A stretch of DNA of 64,000 nt from Selaginella moellendorffii (lineage: Eukaryota > Plantae > Lycopodiophyta), in NCBI RefSeq assembly GCF_000143415.4, contig NW_003314282.1, positions 469,700-533,699 on the forward strand, read 5' to 3'. The position numbers and the translations under genes were made by a program. How positions within the stretch are numbered: the first letter of the stretch is position 1; the number at the start of each line of letters is the position of its first letter. Below are positions 25,600 through 39,000 of the stretch, in pieces. The notes under the pieces were generated by a model, which made no database searches, was not told where the DNA came from, and worked only from the letters and a program-made list of their open reading frames with translations.

Positions 25600-27790
25600 C
25601 CTGGAATCAGCGCCACAGCCAACGAATAAAGAAATGGAGGAAAGAATCCTTCGGACAAACCTGTTTCCATGACAATAAATCACTAAGACATCTTCTGATA
25701 GAGGACGAGGTTTGTCACTGTAGGAAGAGCGAACTTGCCTCTTGCATCTATGTCATCATAAGAGGGCATGAACCCGCTTTCTCCTCAAGGCCATTTGACA
25801 GATGCACTGGGAGCATGCACAGTTTTGCTCGCCCTAGAGAATTTAGAAAATATTTTAGACAACGTGGAGTTAATCTACAGAGCAGCTAACCTCAGCAGCA
25901 TGTAAACAAGAGACAAGCTTGGTCCAGCCTCTTCATTAGCCTGCAAGTGTGATCTCCCTCAAACTTCCATGTCTCCCTGTCAGTCTTGCAAAGCAAAGTT
26001 ATAACTTACACGTACTCCATGCACATAGGTGCCTGACCAAATACTTGAGAGCAGATACATTTGATTGCTTAGCAAACCCTGAAGTGTTATATGGGATGGT
26101 TAGAATGGGAACCAAAGTTTGAAGAAATACCAACCCACCCGAATCCATGGTGAGCTCTGCCCAGTTCTGCTGCTGCTCTAGTTTTGAACATCGTTACTTC
26201 GATGCAGCACCAGTTTTCCATTTCCTCTTTGATCTGGGATGCTGTGAGGTGCATGAGAAGAAAACAAACTTAATATAAATATATTTACTAGTAAGCAGCT
26301 TTTCTTTGTTTACCGCGTAAAGGGTAATAGAACAAGGAAGGCGTGTTTGTTGACTGTACGAAATGTCGATTTGGTTTATTATTTTAGGAAAAGGACAGGC
26401 CAAGAGCTCCCAATCTCGGAACGCCTGAGAGATTTGGTAGGTGCATGCTTTTCCTTTTAGATGTGATTCATGTTCTCGGTTTATTGCAGGAAAACCCCGT
26501 CGAGATCTATCTCCATTTCTGCATAGATTTAGAGAATAGGAGAAAGTACTGTGTATCGAACAGATTTTATTGTCGTGCTGACTCTCTACTAAACATAGAG
26601 ATAAAAAAACAAAACTCAAGAGGGAAAAAGACTCTCCATCTCGTGTGGAGCCAAAAAAGAGTGGTGGAAGTACTCAGAACCATGAAAGGAGAGCAAGAAG
26701 CCCTCCAAAGCAAACCGCGGCACTCGTAGCAATCTGCAATAAAAAATGTATTAGCTTAATGGAGAGAAATGCAAAGAAAACTTTACCATCATCGTGTAGT
26801 TCCCAGCCAGGAAAGAGAAGGTTGCCCAGAGCAGATTGCACACACAGGCCACTAGAGCCACGAGGATGCTCGCAGGAGGCGCATCTGGATGACGAAACTA
26901 TGCAAAAGGAAAAATTAGAAAACTCTAAGAGCGCAAACGAATTCTGGAAGTACATACCAAACGGATGAGGCAAGGTAATCCAGTGGCAGCAAGTGTGGTG
27001 GCAATGCCAATGCAGTCCAGAGTGAGAAGCAGTTGCAGACCCTGTGTCTTGTCGAACCAACGGTGGTACAACACGCCATAGACAAGCATAATGTAGTACA
27101 CAGCAGCTATGCCTGTTGGCCAGTGAAGTGCCTTTGTCATTTCGTTGTGAACAATGCACTGCTCTACAGACTTGCAGGTGATGCTTCCTTCGTTAGTATA
27201 CACATTAACTTTGATTTTTTGTTTTGTGTTTTATAAACAGCCATAAACTACTTGACATGGATGGTACATGGGCGAGCCAATGAGAAGTTTCTTGTCGAAG
27301 TAGTGAACGCTTTTGGGTTTGACATGGTTTGTTTACACGTACACAATGTAGACAAGTTCCATGCCAAACCCAAAAACGTTCACTGATCGACAAGAAACTT
27401 CTCATCGGCTTGCCTCTATACCATCCATGTCAAACAGTTTATGACTACTTATAAAACACAAAACAAAAAATCAAAGTCAATGTGTATACTGATGAAGGAA
27501 ACATCACCTATGAGTCCGTAGAGCAATGCATTGTTCACAGTAGAAGCTAAGGATGTCTTGTCAACGTCATGGGACAGCTGTGGGACCAAGTGCATCAGCA
27601 CTGTCATGGCAATTGCTGCCGCTAGCATCAGCTTTTGCCAGTGCGACCCTGGACAGAGAGCAGGGCCACGATTGGCAGGAGTAATGCCTAGCTCACCAGA
27701 CGACGCGACAGTAATGGCCGGCGGGGGGAGCAGCTGCATTGTCTCCAGTGTCTCACCTGCGTCGCCTCCTCCTCCACCATTGCTTGCCAT
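25600..27790 (-). pseudogene. Multi-exon membrane-protein gene of the local family, disrupted by a foldback insertion
   Basis: MASNGGGGGDAG start near 27790 after a telo-box. KALHWPTGIAAVYYIMLVY..RWFDK..CIGIATT aligns by eye with KPLFWPPVLGISHYCLVY..LYDG..FIGCATT of the 2560 gene. Short GT-AG-bounded segments continue to ~25.6 kb; the 3' limit is uncertain. Confidence 0.45.
27146..27539. mobile_element. 394-bp foldback (palindromic) element, MITE-like; potential hairpin RNA
   Basis: Arms 27146-27337 and 27347-27539 are imperfect reverse complements around a 9-nt loop. Termini are TGTGAAC..GTTCACA, flanked by GT on both sides. Confidence 0.85.
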
Positions 27791-27859
27791 CGATCCACGC
27801 ACAATGCAAGAACCCTAAAACCAAGAAAGTGGGGTTTACTCTTTTTGTTTGGATCGGCA

Positions 27860-28695
27860 CTCAGGAGTTTTACCTGTATAGCAGGTTGCGTTAGCGGCCC
27901 CACAGGGAAGTCGACGCAGGTCAAGCTCGATAGTGATCGTTGCCTGGCATGTAGCTCTTTCCTCTTTCTTTTGTTTTCCATGTTCATGATTCTCGAGAGG
28001 AGAGAGCAGCATGTAAGCGTGATTCTGTTTTTTTTTTCCGATGTTCATAGTTTCGATTACAGTCCCAAGAGAACTGAATTTTTGGAGGACCAGTTTTGTG
28101 GCGGCTCTAACGGCCCTGACTTTTGGACCGCGGCAAGCCAGTGGCAAGCCAAGGAGCTGTTGGATCACCTGGAGAGTGTCCTCACCAGATGAGCGATGAT
28201 TCCCAGTTGGTAAGAAGCAGTAGTTCTGTTGAGTCAATAACTAGCTGTTTATGATTCGACATGGCTGCCCTTGCTCCACCGGTTGGATGGCAAGTTCAAG
28301 CTGTTGCACTTGCGGCTGCTATTGTCTGTGCGATGCTGTTTCATTTCTATGCGGAGGCCACAGGGAAGACTAGCAGAAAATATGAAGAGCCTCAGGAAAA
28401 TTGAGTACAGTTCGCTCAAACCCCTCTGTGCCGGGCTGCATTGCTCGCGGTAGCATCCACGATGTCCACGTCACTGTTGATATCCACCTCCATGTCGCCG
28501 ACAACATCCTCTAGCATGCGATCGAAGCTTGCGATGCTAGACTTCTCATGAAAAGATCTTAGAAAGTCAGAAGCTTCTTTAGCTTAGAGATTTCCCTGAA
28601 GGAAGAATCGGCTATGAACTTACAGCTCTTAGATGTTGGCGCCGTGCCTGAAATGCAGGAAGATCTCTACTCTAAAGAAGAGGTCGAGGAATATC
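27860..28695 (+). repeat. Uninterrupted (hAT-empty) copy of 19321-19390 + 22248-23035
   Basis: caggagttttacctgtatagcaggttgcgttagcg runs on into tagctctttcctctttcttttg without the transposon. Confidence 0.85.
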
Positions 28696-29308
28696 TTAGC
28701 CCACGCCGTCGCCTCACACATCTCGATTGTGTGCAACCCCTGAATCTACAGCTGATCCATGGATGATCCTCAGCTTCAGGCCGAAAGATAGTGCAAGCAT
28801 TGGCGATTGAAGCATGCTCTGTTGAGACAGCTGGAGAGAAACGTGCCTGTTTTTCAATACAATGGATTGGAATTCCCTCTCTCCATCTCGCAGCTGGCAA
28901 AGTTTAGGGTGCGTTTAAGACTCCCAGCCGGATCAGTCTTGCCGCAGCAAAGAAGTTAACAAGCGCCATGACATGGCTGCCCGCAACAGGAGAATCTGTC
29001 ATACTATCGGCATGTCCGTACCTGGGTTCCACATTCTTGTTTGATGAGCTCAGATCGCCCACAATTGAGTGTACTGGGAAAGCCAGCCACGACCTTGTGT
29101 ACGCTTCCACCGTGGCTCAGTCCCAAATTGTGGGATTTGATGGTTGCCTCCTCCCGAGAATCATGAACATAGTTGTGGTAAAAATTCAGAAAACAAAAGA
29201 TGTAGAAAATCTAGTGCTGAAAGAATAGCTCACCTGTATGGAAGCTTGCGCTAGTAGGATTTGGCCATGGATTCGGCGAGCGTTAGACCCCTGTGGCTGG
29301 ATGCCCCT

Positions 29309-30078
29309 TCATCACTACCAGGAAAGGCTTCATCGCCACTCCACTGGCCTCTGGTCGACAATGACGATGCCGGCACTGCTGATGCCCAAGCTCCAAAGCA
29401 GCTCAATGCAGCTGCGATTGGTGATGGTCGCCTGGCCAGGGCTGCGCGGCTCTTCCACCATTGCCGATCCATCGCGCGGCACAGTGGCAGACGAGGCTGG
29501 AGCAGCGACCCCGATCTCCAACTCGGAGTAGCCGCGCCGCTGCGCGAATCTCCTCCAGCGCCGGCCTAGATCCCGCCAGGCAGCCATTGAGTGTCCTTAC
29601 CGTTGACCGTCAGCCCGTCAAAGCGTGGTCCTGACTTCAACGTCTCACTCTTGTTTATTTTTTTTAATGCCTGTGTTTAGAAATACAATAGCCCCATGAG
29701 AATGAGCCTTCGGGAAAGCGGACGATCCTCGGGAGACAAAAGCAGACGAAGCGTGCATGGGCAAGGCTGGACAAAGCGGATACGTAATGGGAGTAGCATC
29801 ACAACCACGATTGCTCAAGTGAGGTTGTTCACCGGAAAGGCAATTCAATTCTGGATTTTGGCTACGATAGCAAGCAAATGGAAGGAGAACTTAACGAGAT
29901 CGATTGTATGATCTACATGAGATCATAGGAGTTTTAGGTCTTCTTCTTCTAGATGGTGGTCTCTCGCCTACCTTGAATTCACTTCCATCTGGATCATGCT
30001 TTGCAAACAACTCTGGGTTTGCTTCCATGCTGCATGGCTAGAAAAGGCTCAATGCAGTCTCACCCCTGGACATAAAAT
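29309..30078 (-). repeat. Inverted duplicate of 23245-24055; includes a gene 5' fragment with an Arg-rich, presequence-like N-terminus
   Basis: Reverse-complement match; ORF 29330..29587 reads MAAWRDLGRRWRRFAQRRGYS. Confidence 0.8.
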
Positions 30079-30198
30079 GCTAGCGCTTGAGCTGCCGCCC
30101 AAATGCGAGGACCTTCCTCATGGCTCTCAAGGCCTCCAACTCTCTTCCAGCTGGAAAGAACTTCCAAGGAACAAAGAACCACCTTGCACAAAGAGCAG

Positions 30199-33100
30199 TG
30201 TCAAAAATCATCTATTGAAATAACAAAATCCTTGATGGGCTAAAATTTCTTATCACTATCAACACTTGCTAACTGCATATGCTTATCTTATCTCAATCAC
30301 ATGTAAATGAATAGAATTATTTATTGATTCTTCTATTAGAACAAGCTCAAACTGTTCATTTGTTTTTGTTGAAAAAAACATAATGATATAATCAAGTTTT
30401 TTTATGTCCAAGATTTGAAAAGATGCTTCTATGTTTCACCAAAAATTAGATATTTTGTTTAAGGAAATGGGAGAAGAGTAATGGATGCAAACAATAAATA
30501 GTTTTAAAGAATCAATTTTAGAACTAAGTTAATCTCATTAAAAGAAGTTAAGAAACACTATATATGACTATTTCTATAGAAAATATAAAGGTCTTATTCA
30601 ATTGATTTTTAAATGTGTTATTTGGATGTTCTCAATTGTCCCCATACAAGTATATTTATGAAATCAAAGATAAAGATGAAATTTCAAATACAATCTGAAA
30701 ATACAAGAAGAAGAATTATCAATTTTAAAAAATACATCCAAAGAACACTATATCACCAAGTAACATATAAATAATTATAAATTATCACAAAACATAAGGG
30801 CTATTTTTCCAGCACTAGCAGTTGTAATAGCAAAAACTTTTCTGAAAGAGTTCAATGATTATTTACCCACCAAATGAGAGGTGTAAAAAATAATTAAGGA
30901 TTAATTTTACTGCTTCACATTATGGATGTGGTGTCTCTTTCAAACTATGTTGCCAAAAAAATAATTTTATAGCTAACAAATTGTTGAAAAGATTAATTAA
31001 GATTCATAAAAAGCTTAATGAAGAGAAAATAGAATTGATATGACTCAAAAGGGTGGTATTATAGATGTACAATTCTTTCCAAAATATCATTTACTATATT
31101 AAATTTTTTTTAATAGAAGACAATGAAAAAACTCATTATGTATCAAACACCCAATAAAACTTTAATAAAATCTATAATTTACTCACGAAATTGTTTAAAA
31201 TATAATGGTATCAAACTTTGTTTTATAGTGATAGAACACTATATGGTGAATCAATTGAGATAAAACACAAAATAACAATTACTATTTCTCTTAATATCCA
31301 TTGACTGTTTTGTATAAACACACGTTGGTGGTTATATTTTTACTTTTAGTAGTTATTTGTATTGTCTCAAATTCCATTTTATCACTGAATAATAGGCTTC
31401 CTAATTGAATGTGACCACATACTTCTTCTTGAAAGAAAAAAATGTTAAAATTGTAATATATAAATGGACAAATGTAACATACAACTAAGAGTATACAAAA
31501 GTATCATTCACAATATTGTTGCTTTTTGGATTGCAATAATTGAATCATACATCCAAATTAATAAGTGCCAAAATATATTAAAATGTTTGAATTTGAAAGA
31601 GGTATTGAATATAGCAAGAAATTAAAAGTAACAATTATAACAATGTAGGTTATTTTATTCTTTTGCTTTCTTTGTTTCCTAAAAAATAAAATTCTAAAAA
31701 GCTTATGCAAAAAAAGGAATTTAGAGAAAAATAATGGAAGAAAGAGTGAAGAACACTCAAATTAGTAAAATAAGATTGAATTCATTTTTTAGTAAGCATA
31801 AAGATATACATATAAGCATTGCCTCAATAAATAAAGGAATTCAATCTTTTAAACATGCTGAAGTTTAGCAATAAAGGGTGGAGACATTGAGTTTCTTTCT
31901 CATCTATACATTTTGTAGTAATTCTTACTATAATGACTATTTGTAAAGGGGAAATCTATCGACACTCTCTTTAATTTTAATTTTTTTTCCTACTCTATTT
32001 TATTATTTTTTCTGCCTTTTTAACTTTATTTCTTTTTTTTGCATGCATTGAAGTTACTCTTTAATGGTATTGGTTTTCTTTAAGAATGAAAAAAAACTAT
32101 GGAAAAAAGAAAATAGAAGAAGTTATAACATTGGAAGTATTATTGGTGCCCCAAATAATCCTATGAGGATAATAATGAAATTTTTTAAATGAACTCTATT
32201 GAAAAAAATGGGCCTTCTAAGGTATATATTTTTTTGTTTCATAAATTTATTCAATTGTAATCACTTTCATTATTCTTTTCAAGGATAAATCCAGTTTTAT
32301 GTTAAATTATATGTTATATGATTTTATAATTTTTTTATAATTTAACAATTTTTTTTCATTTTAGGAAGGGATATTTAGATACAATAAACATTTTAAAACC
32401 TCACAAGCACTTCCTATAAAGAAAAGAGAAGCCAATTTAAATTAATAAGTAGCACACAGTAATGAAAATGCTAATTTAGTTAAGAGGTTAAAAGCTTTTT
32501 AGATACTCCATCTTGTCAAACCAAAAAAGCCAATAAATTAATAAAAAATAGTAAGTAGTAGTGGCAAATGTTAATTATAAAGTTATATTTATAAACTTAA
32601 CAATATAAAAAATTTCCAACTAAAAATCAAACACATTTAAAATTTCAATAATAAAGTGCTCAGCAATCCAACTATATACAACCCACATTACATAATTGAT
32701 GATTAAAAACATTAAATAAAATAATTTAACATGAAAAAAATTAGTAAGTCCATAAATGATATTGTTGTTCACAACTAAAATAAATAATATTTACAAGAAT
32801 TTTTTTTTCTTATAATTGTTTACAAGAAAGAGAAAAATTACTATAAAACAAAACAATATTTTAAAATATCCTTTATTATAAATGTAAACAACATTACCAT
32901 TTATAAAATTACTTGTATTTTCTTTTCTTTTTCTCACAAAAACTTCCCATAAAGAGAAGAGAAGCCAATTTAAAAATAAAAGAGTAGCACACAGTAATGA
33001 AAATGCTAATTTAGTTAAAAGGTTAAATACTTCCTAGATATTCCATCTCGTCAAACCAAAAAAGACAATAAATTAGTAAAACATAGTAAATAGTGGTGGC

Positions 33101-34320
33101 AAATGTTAATTATAAAGTTATATTTATAAACTTAACAATGTAAAAAAATTTCAACAAAAAACAAACACATTTAAAATTTTAATAATAAAGTGCTTAGCAA
33201 TCCAACTATATACAACCCACATTACATAATTGATGATTAATCATTAAATAATATAATATAAAATAATTTAACATAAAAAAATAGTAAGTCCATAAATGAT
33301 ATTGTTGTCCACAACTAAAATAAATAACATTTACAAGAATGTTTTTTCTTATGGTTGTTTACAACAAAGAGACAAATTACTATAAAACAAAAAACTATTT
33401 TAAAATATCCTTTATTATAAATGTAAACAACACTACCATTTATAAACTTATTTGTATTTTTTTTCCTATTAAATTATTTTATATAATTTAACTTCACTTT
33501 GTTTGATGATTAGCTATCAACTATGTAATGTATAGTCAAGTAGTTAGGCATTTTGTCATCAAGATTCTAAATGTGTTTGACTTCTACTTAGAAATTATTT
33601 ATATTTTAAAATCTATAAATGCAACAAAGAAATAAAATTTTAAAAAAAAAACTAATGCATACAAGCAATATACAAACTTTAAAAATCCCAAACACATAAC
33701 TATGCTTTTACCATTGTCATACTTGTTCTAGTGGTTCAAAATAAACAGGTGGAAGAGCCAACTGATAAAGTGCTCGAAAGTCCACCCACATGATAATTAA
33801 TCATTAAATAAAATAATATAAAATAATTTAATATAAAAAAAGAATATTAGTAAGTTCATAAATGATATTGTTGTCTACAACTAAAATAAATAATATTTAT
33901 AAGACATCTTTTTGGTTTTATAGTTGTTTACAACAAAAAAACAAATTGCTACAAAATATAAAAATGTTTGTAAATATCTTTTGCTGCAAATGTGAATAAC
34001 ACTATTATTTATAAACTTACTTATATTTTCTTTCTTTTTCCTATTTAATTATTTTATATAACTCTTTATTTGATAATTAACCATCAACTATGTAATATGT
34101 GTTAAGCATGTTGTCATCAAGATCTTAAATGAGTTTAACTTCTACTTAGAAATTATCTATACTGTAAAAACTATAAATGCAACAAAAAATAAACAAACTG
34201 TAAGATAAACTTACGTATACAAGTAATATACAAACTTTAAAAATCCCAAACATATAATTGTGGTCTCACCATTGCAACCACTTATTTTGGTGGTTCAAAA
34301 ATAGACAAGTGGAAGAGCTA
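30199..34320. repeat. Inverted, diverged copy of AT-rich island segment ~5100-8463, with ~530 bp internal tandem duplications
   Basis: 30199ff matches the reverse complement of 8463 downward (tattgaaataa.aaaatc.ttgatgggctaaaattt). agagaagccaatttaaa..gtagcacacagtaatgaaaatgc occurs at ~32425 and ~32959, and 33470-33770 resembles 34040-34320. Confidence 0.85.
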
Positions 34321-34391
34321 GATGAACGGGATAAACAGGCAGAGGCACCGGACAAACAGAAATAACCCTAAACAATGGTTGTGTCTCTATC

Positions 34392-36047
34392 TGTGAGACA
34401 CAAAATCCTTAGGCTCCAAAGTGGAGCCGGAAGGGTGCCACATGGTAGTGGCTGAAGCAAAAGCCAAACGAGTGTAACACGTTTGGGCCAAAAGCTCCGA
34501 CTTGAAAGGTCGAGAGCGGGAGTGGAACTCCCAACAAAGGGCTCGAGGAATGAGCATGAAGTGAGCAATAAGCGAGGCTCCAAAAAGGGACACAAAAAGG
34601 ACCAATACATGACACGTGGAAGAGTCCAAGATGGACTCGAGATGGAGTCCGAGATGGACCCAAGTTGAAGTCCTAGATGGACCTGAGTTGGAATTCGAGG
34701 TGGAGTCTAAGATGGAGTCTGAGATGGACCCAAGATGGAGTCCGAGATGGACCTGAGATGGAGTCCGAGATGGACCCGAGATGGAGTCCGAGATGGACCC
34801 GAGATGGAGTCCGAGATGGACCCGAGATGGAATCCGAGATAGAGTCCGAGAAGGACCCGAGATGGAGTCCGAGGTCGAGACCGAGACCGGGACTAAGACC
34901 GGGACCAAGACCGAGACTAAGACCGAGACCGGGACCGGGACCGAGACTGAGCCCGAGGCCGAGGCCGAGACCAAGCCTGAGCCCGAGTCCAAGTCTGAGT
35001 CTGAGTCTGAGTCCGAATCCGAGTCTGAGTCCGAGTCCGAGTTCGAGTCTGAGAGGGTGAAAGCCCAAAGTGTTCGTCTCGCAGACCCTAGGGGGTTTGG
35101 TGAGCTCCAAAAGTATAATAAGGGGGAGGACTGCAGTGGAGCCAATTTGGCCAGGAAAGGCCAGTTTGGCCCAGGAAAGCCAGACCCAGTGTTGGGTGAT
35201 GAACTGATCACTAGGAAGTCCAAGACTAGAGTGAATACAGCCGACAAGCGGGGTAGCTTGGTGAAGTGTTCAAGAGCCGACTCTAGTTCCCCCGAGAGAT
35301 CGACTGGCCGATGCTCCCAGTCCAAGTGTGGGTGGCACTACCTACTTGGATACCTGGTGTGGCTCAACGGAACCTCGCTCTAAGCCCATGGCTAGAGCAC
35401 CCAAAGGCGGAAGACAGGGAGAGTACCCACGAGGCTTGCGTAAAGCCACGGTGTTCCGAAATGTTGTCCCAAAGGCCCAAACTGTGGAAAAGAAAAGGAG
35501 TAGTCCTCTGGTGTAGTGACCAAGGATACAGTCGTGCGGTGAGGAAGTCCCAAAGGACCATGGGACTTAGTGGTTAGGCCTGTGGGCCCTGATCTAGTGG
35601 CAGTGTTGGCGAACACTATCAAGGACAGAAAGGGATTTGGTGGGGACCAGAAAGGAGATATTGGGGAAGGCCATTCCCCATGTCTATGGGCATCCTAAGG
35701 ATGCTAAGGAGTGGATCTAGGATGATCACTCATAGACAGATGGCCCAGTCTTTGAGAGACGGGACTGTGGTGCAGGTGGTGTCAGACCACCAGTGTGACT
35801 AAGGTGAATGGGCATGGCCTTAGTGTAACGGGCTGATGTGTCGGTGGTACCTTGGGGTGTCGGTCATGGGATCGGACACGTGGAGCACTTGGACTAAGTG
35901 CAAAGGTTGAGTGGCGGAGATGCCATTCTTGGGGCTAGCAAGCCCAAGTCCAAAATAGGACTTATGGAGGTTGTGAGTGAGACTTCTCCAAGTGGTCGGA
36001 GGTGTAATTAAGTGACTAAAGTAGAATGGAAAAATTAGTCGCTTACA
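34392..36047 (+). repeat. 5' LTR (1656 bp) with internal 11/12-bp (GAGATGGAGTCC/GAGATGGACCC) and hexamer tandem arrays
   Basis: tgtgagacac...cgcttaca; matches 39996-41639. Confidence 0.95.
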
Positions 36048-36050
36048 ATT

Positions 36051-36062
36051 TGGTATCAGAGC
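36051..36062 (+). promoter_or_regulatory. Primer-binding site complementary to the initiator tRNA-Met 3' end
   Basis: TGGTATCAGAGC lies 3 bp after the 5' LTR. Confidence 0.95.
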
Positions 36063-39000
36063 TGTTCCTTAGTCCGACTTTTATGGGTGCTGAAGTATAT
36101 CACCACTAGTGTTGGCATCGAAAGGTCCTAAAAGTGGGCTTGTCCTTGAAGAGTAGCAAGTCGGGAAGACATGGCTCTCCACTATAGTTCACGTGTGAAC
36201 TTATATGCAAGGTGGTGGATAGAAAAGGGCCAATGATGGAACGACTTTGGGATCTTGGGAATAGTGCAAGGTTTTCCTCATTGAGTTGAGGATGTGATCC
36301 AGATGAGCATTTGACTAAGCAAATTGGCTAATGTAGTTGTGGTAAACAACTATAGTTGGGATCACAGGGAAAATAAAGACTCCAAAACGATAAAGGAGTC
36401 ACAAGATTACCCTCAAGAAGTTGAGGCTGGTGCTCATGAATTTGAGACCAGAAGTAATGACCGCGGGAGGTCAAATACAGAAAAGGACACAAGTCCTTGA
36501 AATGGTAGCCGGAGCTACCTCTAATAAATGCTGGAACAACCCAAGGAGTTAGGGGTGTATTTTGAGGATGAGTTGGTATTCTCATTACATGGACAAGTGG
36601 TCCTAAGGGGCGAAAAGTTGCCTCTAGAGAATGAATCAGGAGTAACACTTGCAAAAGATGGTCCTTGTGAGTAGGACATAAATACAAGAAGTTGTATTCC
36701 AGTGAGTTAGCTCCTCAAAAGTAAGACTTTATAAGTCGTTGGATTAATAAAGTCCAAAAGGTTGAATGACTCTAATAGAGTCAAGGAATAATCCTAAGGG
36801 CTTGAGGAAAGCATTTGGACTGAGGTGTATGGTGCCCCACGAAGGACAGGGAGGATCGTAAGGTCCAAGTATGAGAATAGTGGGTATCTCATAAGTGGCA
36901 GAATGTGCCATGCTAAAGTCGTGGGAACGAGTTTCCCGGAAGAAAACAACTTTGACGCAAAGTTGTGCATGAACTCTATGGTGTAGTGCTAATGGATGAT
37001 TGGCATAAGAGACAACCATATTGGTCTTGGCAAAAAGACTTGGACACAAGTAAAAGGTTTCATAAAGGTAGGCTTGTGGAGCCGATGGTGTGGAGACACC
37101 AAAGATGCCAAAGTGTGTTGCCTTGAGGTCAAGTTAGCGGGTTCATGAGAACCCCTTCCAAAGGAATCCCAATGAAAATGGGAATAGCATAGCCTAAGCT
37201 GGAAGGCATGCGGTTAGAGTGTAGTGACCCAAATAATGATGGAGGTGTGGAAGCACTAACAATGAGTTGTAAGACTTAATAACTATGGGGCAATTAAGCA
37301 AAAGGTGCAAGATAATTGGTTAAACGAGTAAAAGGTAGCTACCCAAGACTTCTTAATGGCATAAAGAAGTTCGATACACCCTTATAAGGGATAAATTGCT
37401 TATGTTGTGACATAGTAAGTCAATGTCGAAAAGGGAATGCTCATTGTTAGAGAAGCCATCATTGGGACACCCAAACACTCTAGAACACTAGAAGGGGGTA
37501 TTTGGTGTCATGAGGGCAATGGATAATGCCCAAGGGACAAAGTTCCTAGCGAATGAAAGATAGGAAATGCTATCTAAATGTCCAAGGTTGTGGAGACAGG
37601 AGAAGTCTATCTACTTAAATTGGACAAAGCCAAAGAGGGATTTTGGCAAGGCTAGTGATGGGCATATAAAGGCCCATAAGTAGTAATGGTGATCCCAGTG
37701 TGTGGGATTACAAGGTGAGCAAACCTGGATTGAGGAACCACTCCCTAGGCTGTTGGGTAGGTTCATCCCTATGAATACTTGCCAAGGCATGGTAAAAAGT
37801 GTAAAGCTATCTTCCTAGTCTGGAAGAGAATAACTGAAGGAAATATATGAGGCCAAAAGGCAAGTAGTATAGGGATAGAACCGAACCATAGGAATTGATA
37901 GGCATAACCAAGGGTGGTTATGCAAGTTGGGAGTGGAGAATCAAGTGGGTGCTCAAGCATGTTGTTATTAGCGACTGGGATGCCATGGAGAGTCTAAAGC
38001 ATGGGATTGTCCATGTTAGACTATATGGTAATTGGAAAGCTTGCGAAAGGAGAAGCCTTAGCAAGCCAAGGAACAAAGTTCCTTAAACGTTCCCCTAGGT
38101 AGATAAGTACCTAGTCAGCCAAGTGTAAATGGTTCATAGAACACGCGAAATCAGAGTGGCACAGCAGAAGCGTGGTCTTGAATCTTGCCATGAGGCGAGG
38201 CTATCAAGATTGGGGAAGTAGTTCCCGAGTGTTCAAAAAGAGGGCTTTGAATGAAAGTCAATAGTTAAGGACTTTCACGCTTATGCATGAACCATGTTAC
38301 GGTGGCCAAATGACTTGTTAAGTGAGATTGGCAAGTCGGGGGGAACGAATACCCTAGTTGAAGGAGCCAATTTCAAAGGGGTGGCCCAGGGAGCCGAGCA
38401 TGGAGGAGTCCATGTTGGTGCACCGGTGTGGGGAGTCACGCCAGGCATCCAGTGTGATGCCATCCGTAGATGCATATACGGAAGTTGGGTTCAAGTCCCA
38501 ACCCTCTAGTGCTTGGGTTCGAGTCCCAAATCACTAGGGCATGGTGATGGTTTGGAATATGAGGACACTCATTTTTCGGTGGTCATGGACTCTTAGTGAG
38601 GAGACTGGTTTGGGCACACTGCCAAGCGAGGGATGTCTCGGAGTCGTGATGCACGGTTAGATTGCTTAGAGTGAAAGCTCGGCATATCTAACTTGAACAC
38701 TTTGGTGCAAAAGGCACCAAGGACGTGGTGAATGAGATGGGGACACCCAGTCATCCTTGGCCGGAAAGACTGGCTTGGGTGCACCGCCAAGTGTGGGGGA
38801 TGCCCCCGGGGTCATAGTTAACAATTTAAAAGGGTCTGAAAGACTTAGTTCCTATTGGTAGACCTGTTAAGGAGTCAAGATGAGATCATCAGTTGATCTT
38901 GTGGCTAAACAAAGACAAGGTCTTTATTTGGGTTAAGGAATATGATTCCCAGTTCAAAGTGTTGATTTGAACTATTGATAATGGTGTGACTTGGTCGAGG

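Noticed and set aside
28696-29300. Coding-like segment unique to the second block
   Set aside because: Stops in all frames and no recognisable family; cannot support a call.
34620-34870. CRISPR-like regularly spaced repeats
   Set aside because: No unique spacers and no cas genes; this is a eukaryotic LTR minisatellite.
34387-35383. Long ES/ET/SD-repeat ORFs on both strands (also 39957-40865)
   Set aside because: They arise from stop-free tandem repeats inside the LTRs, and the frames are not preserved between the two LTRs.
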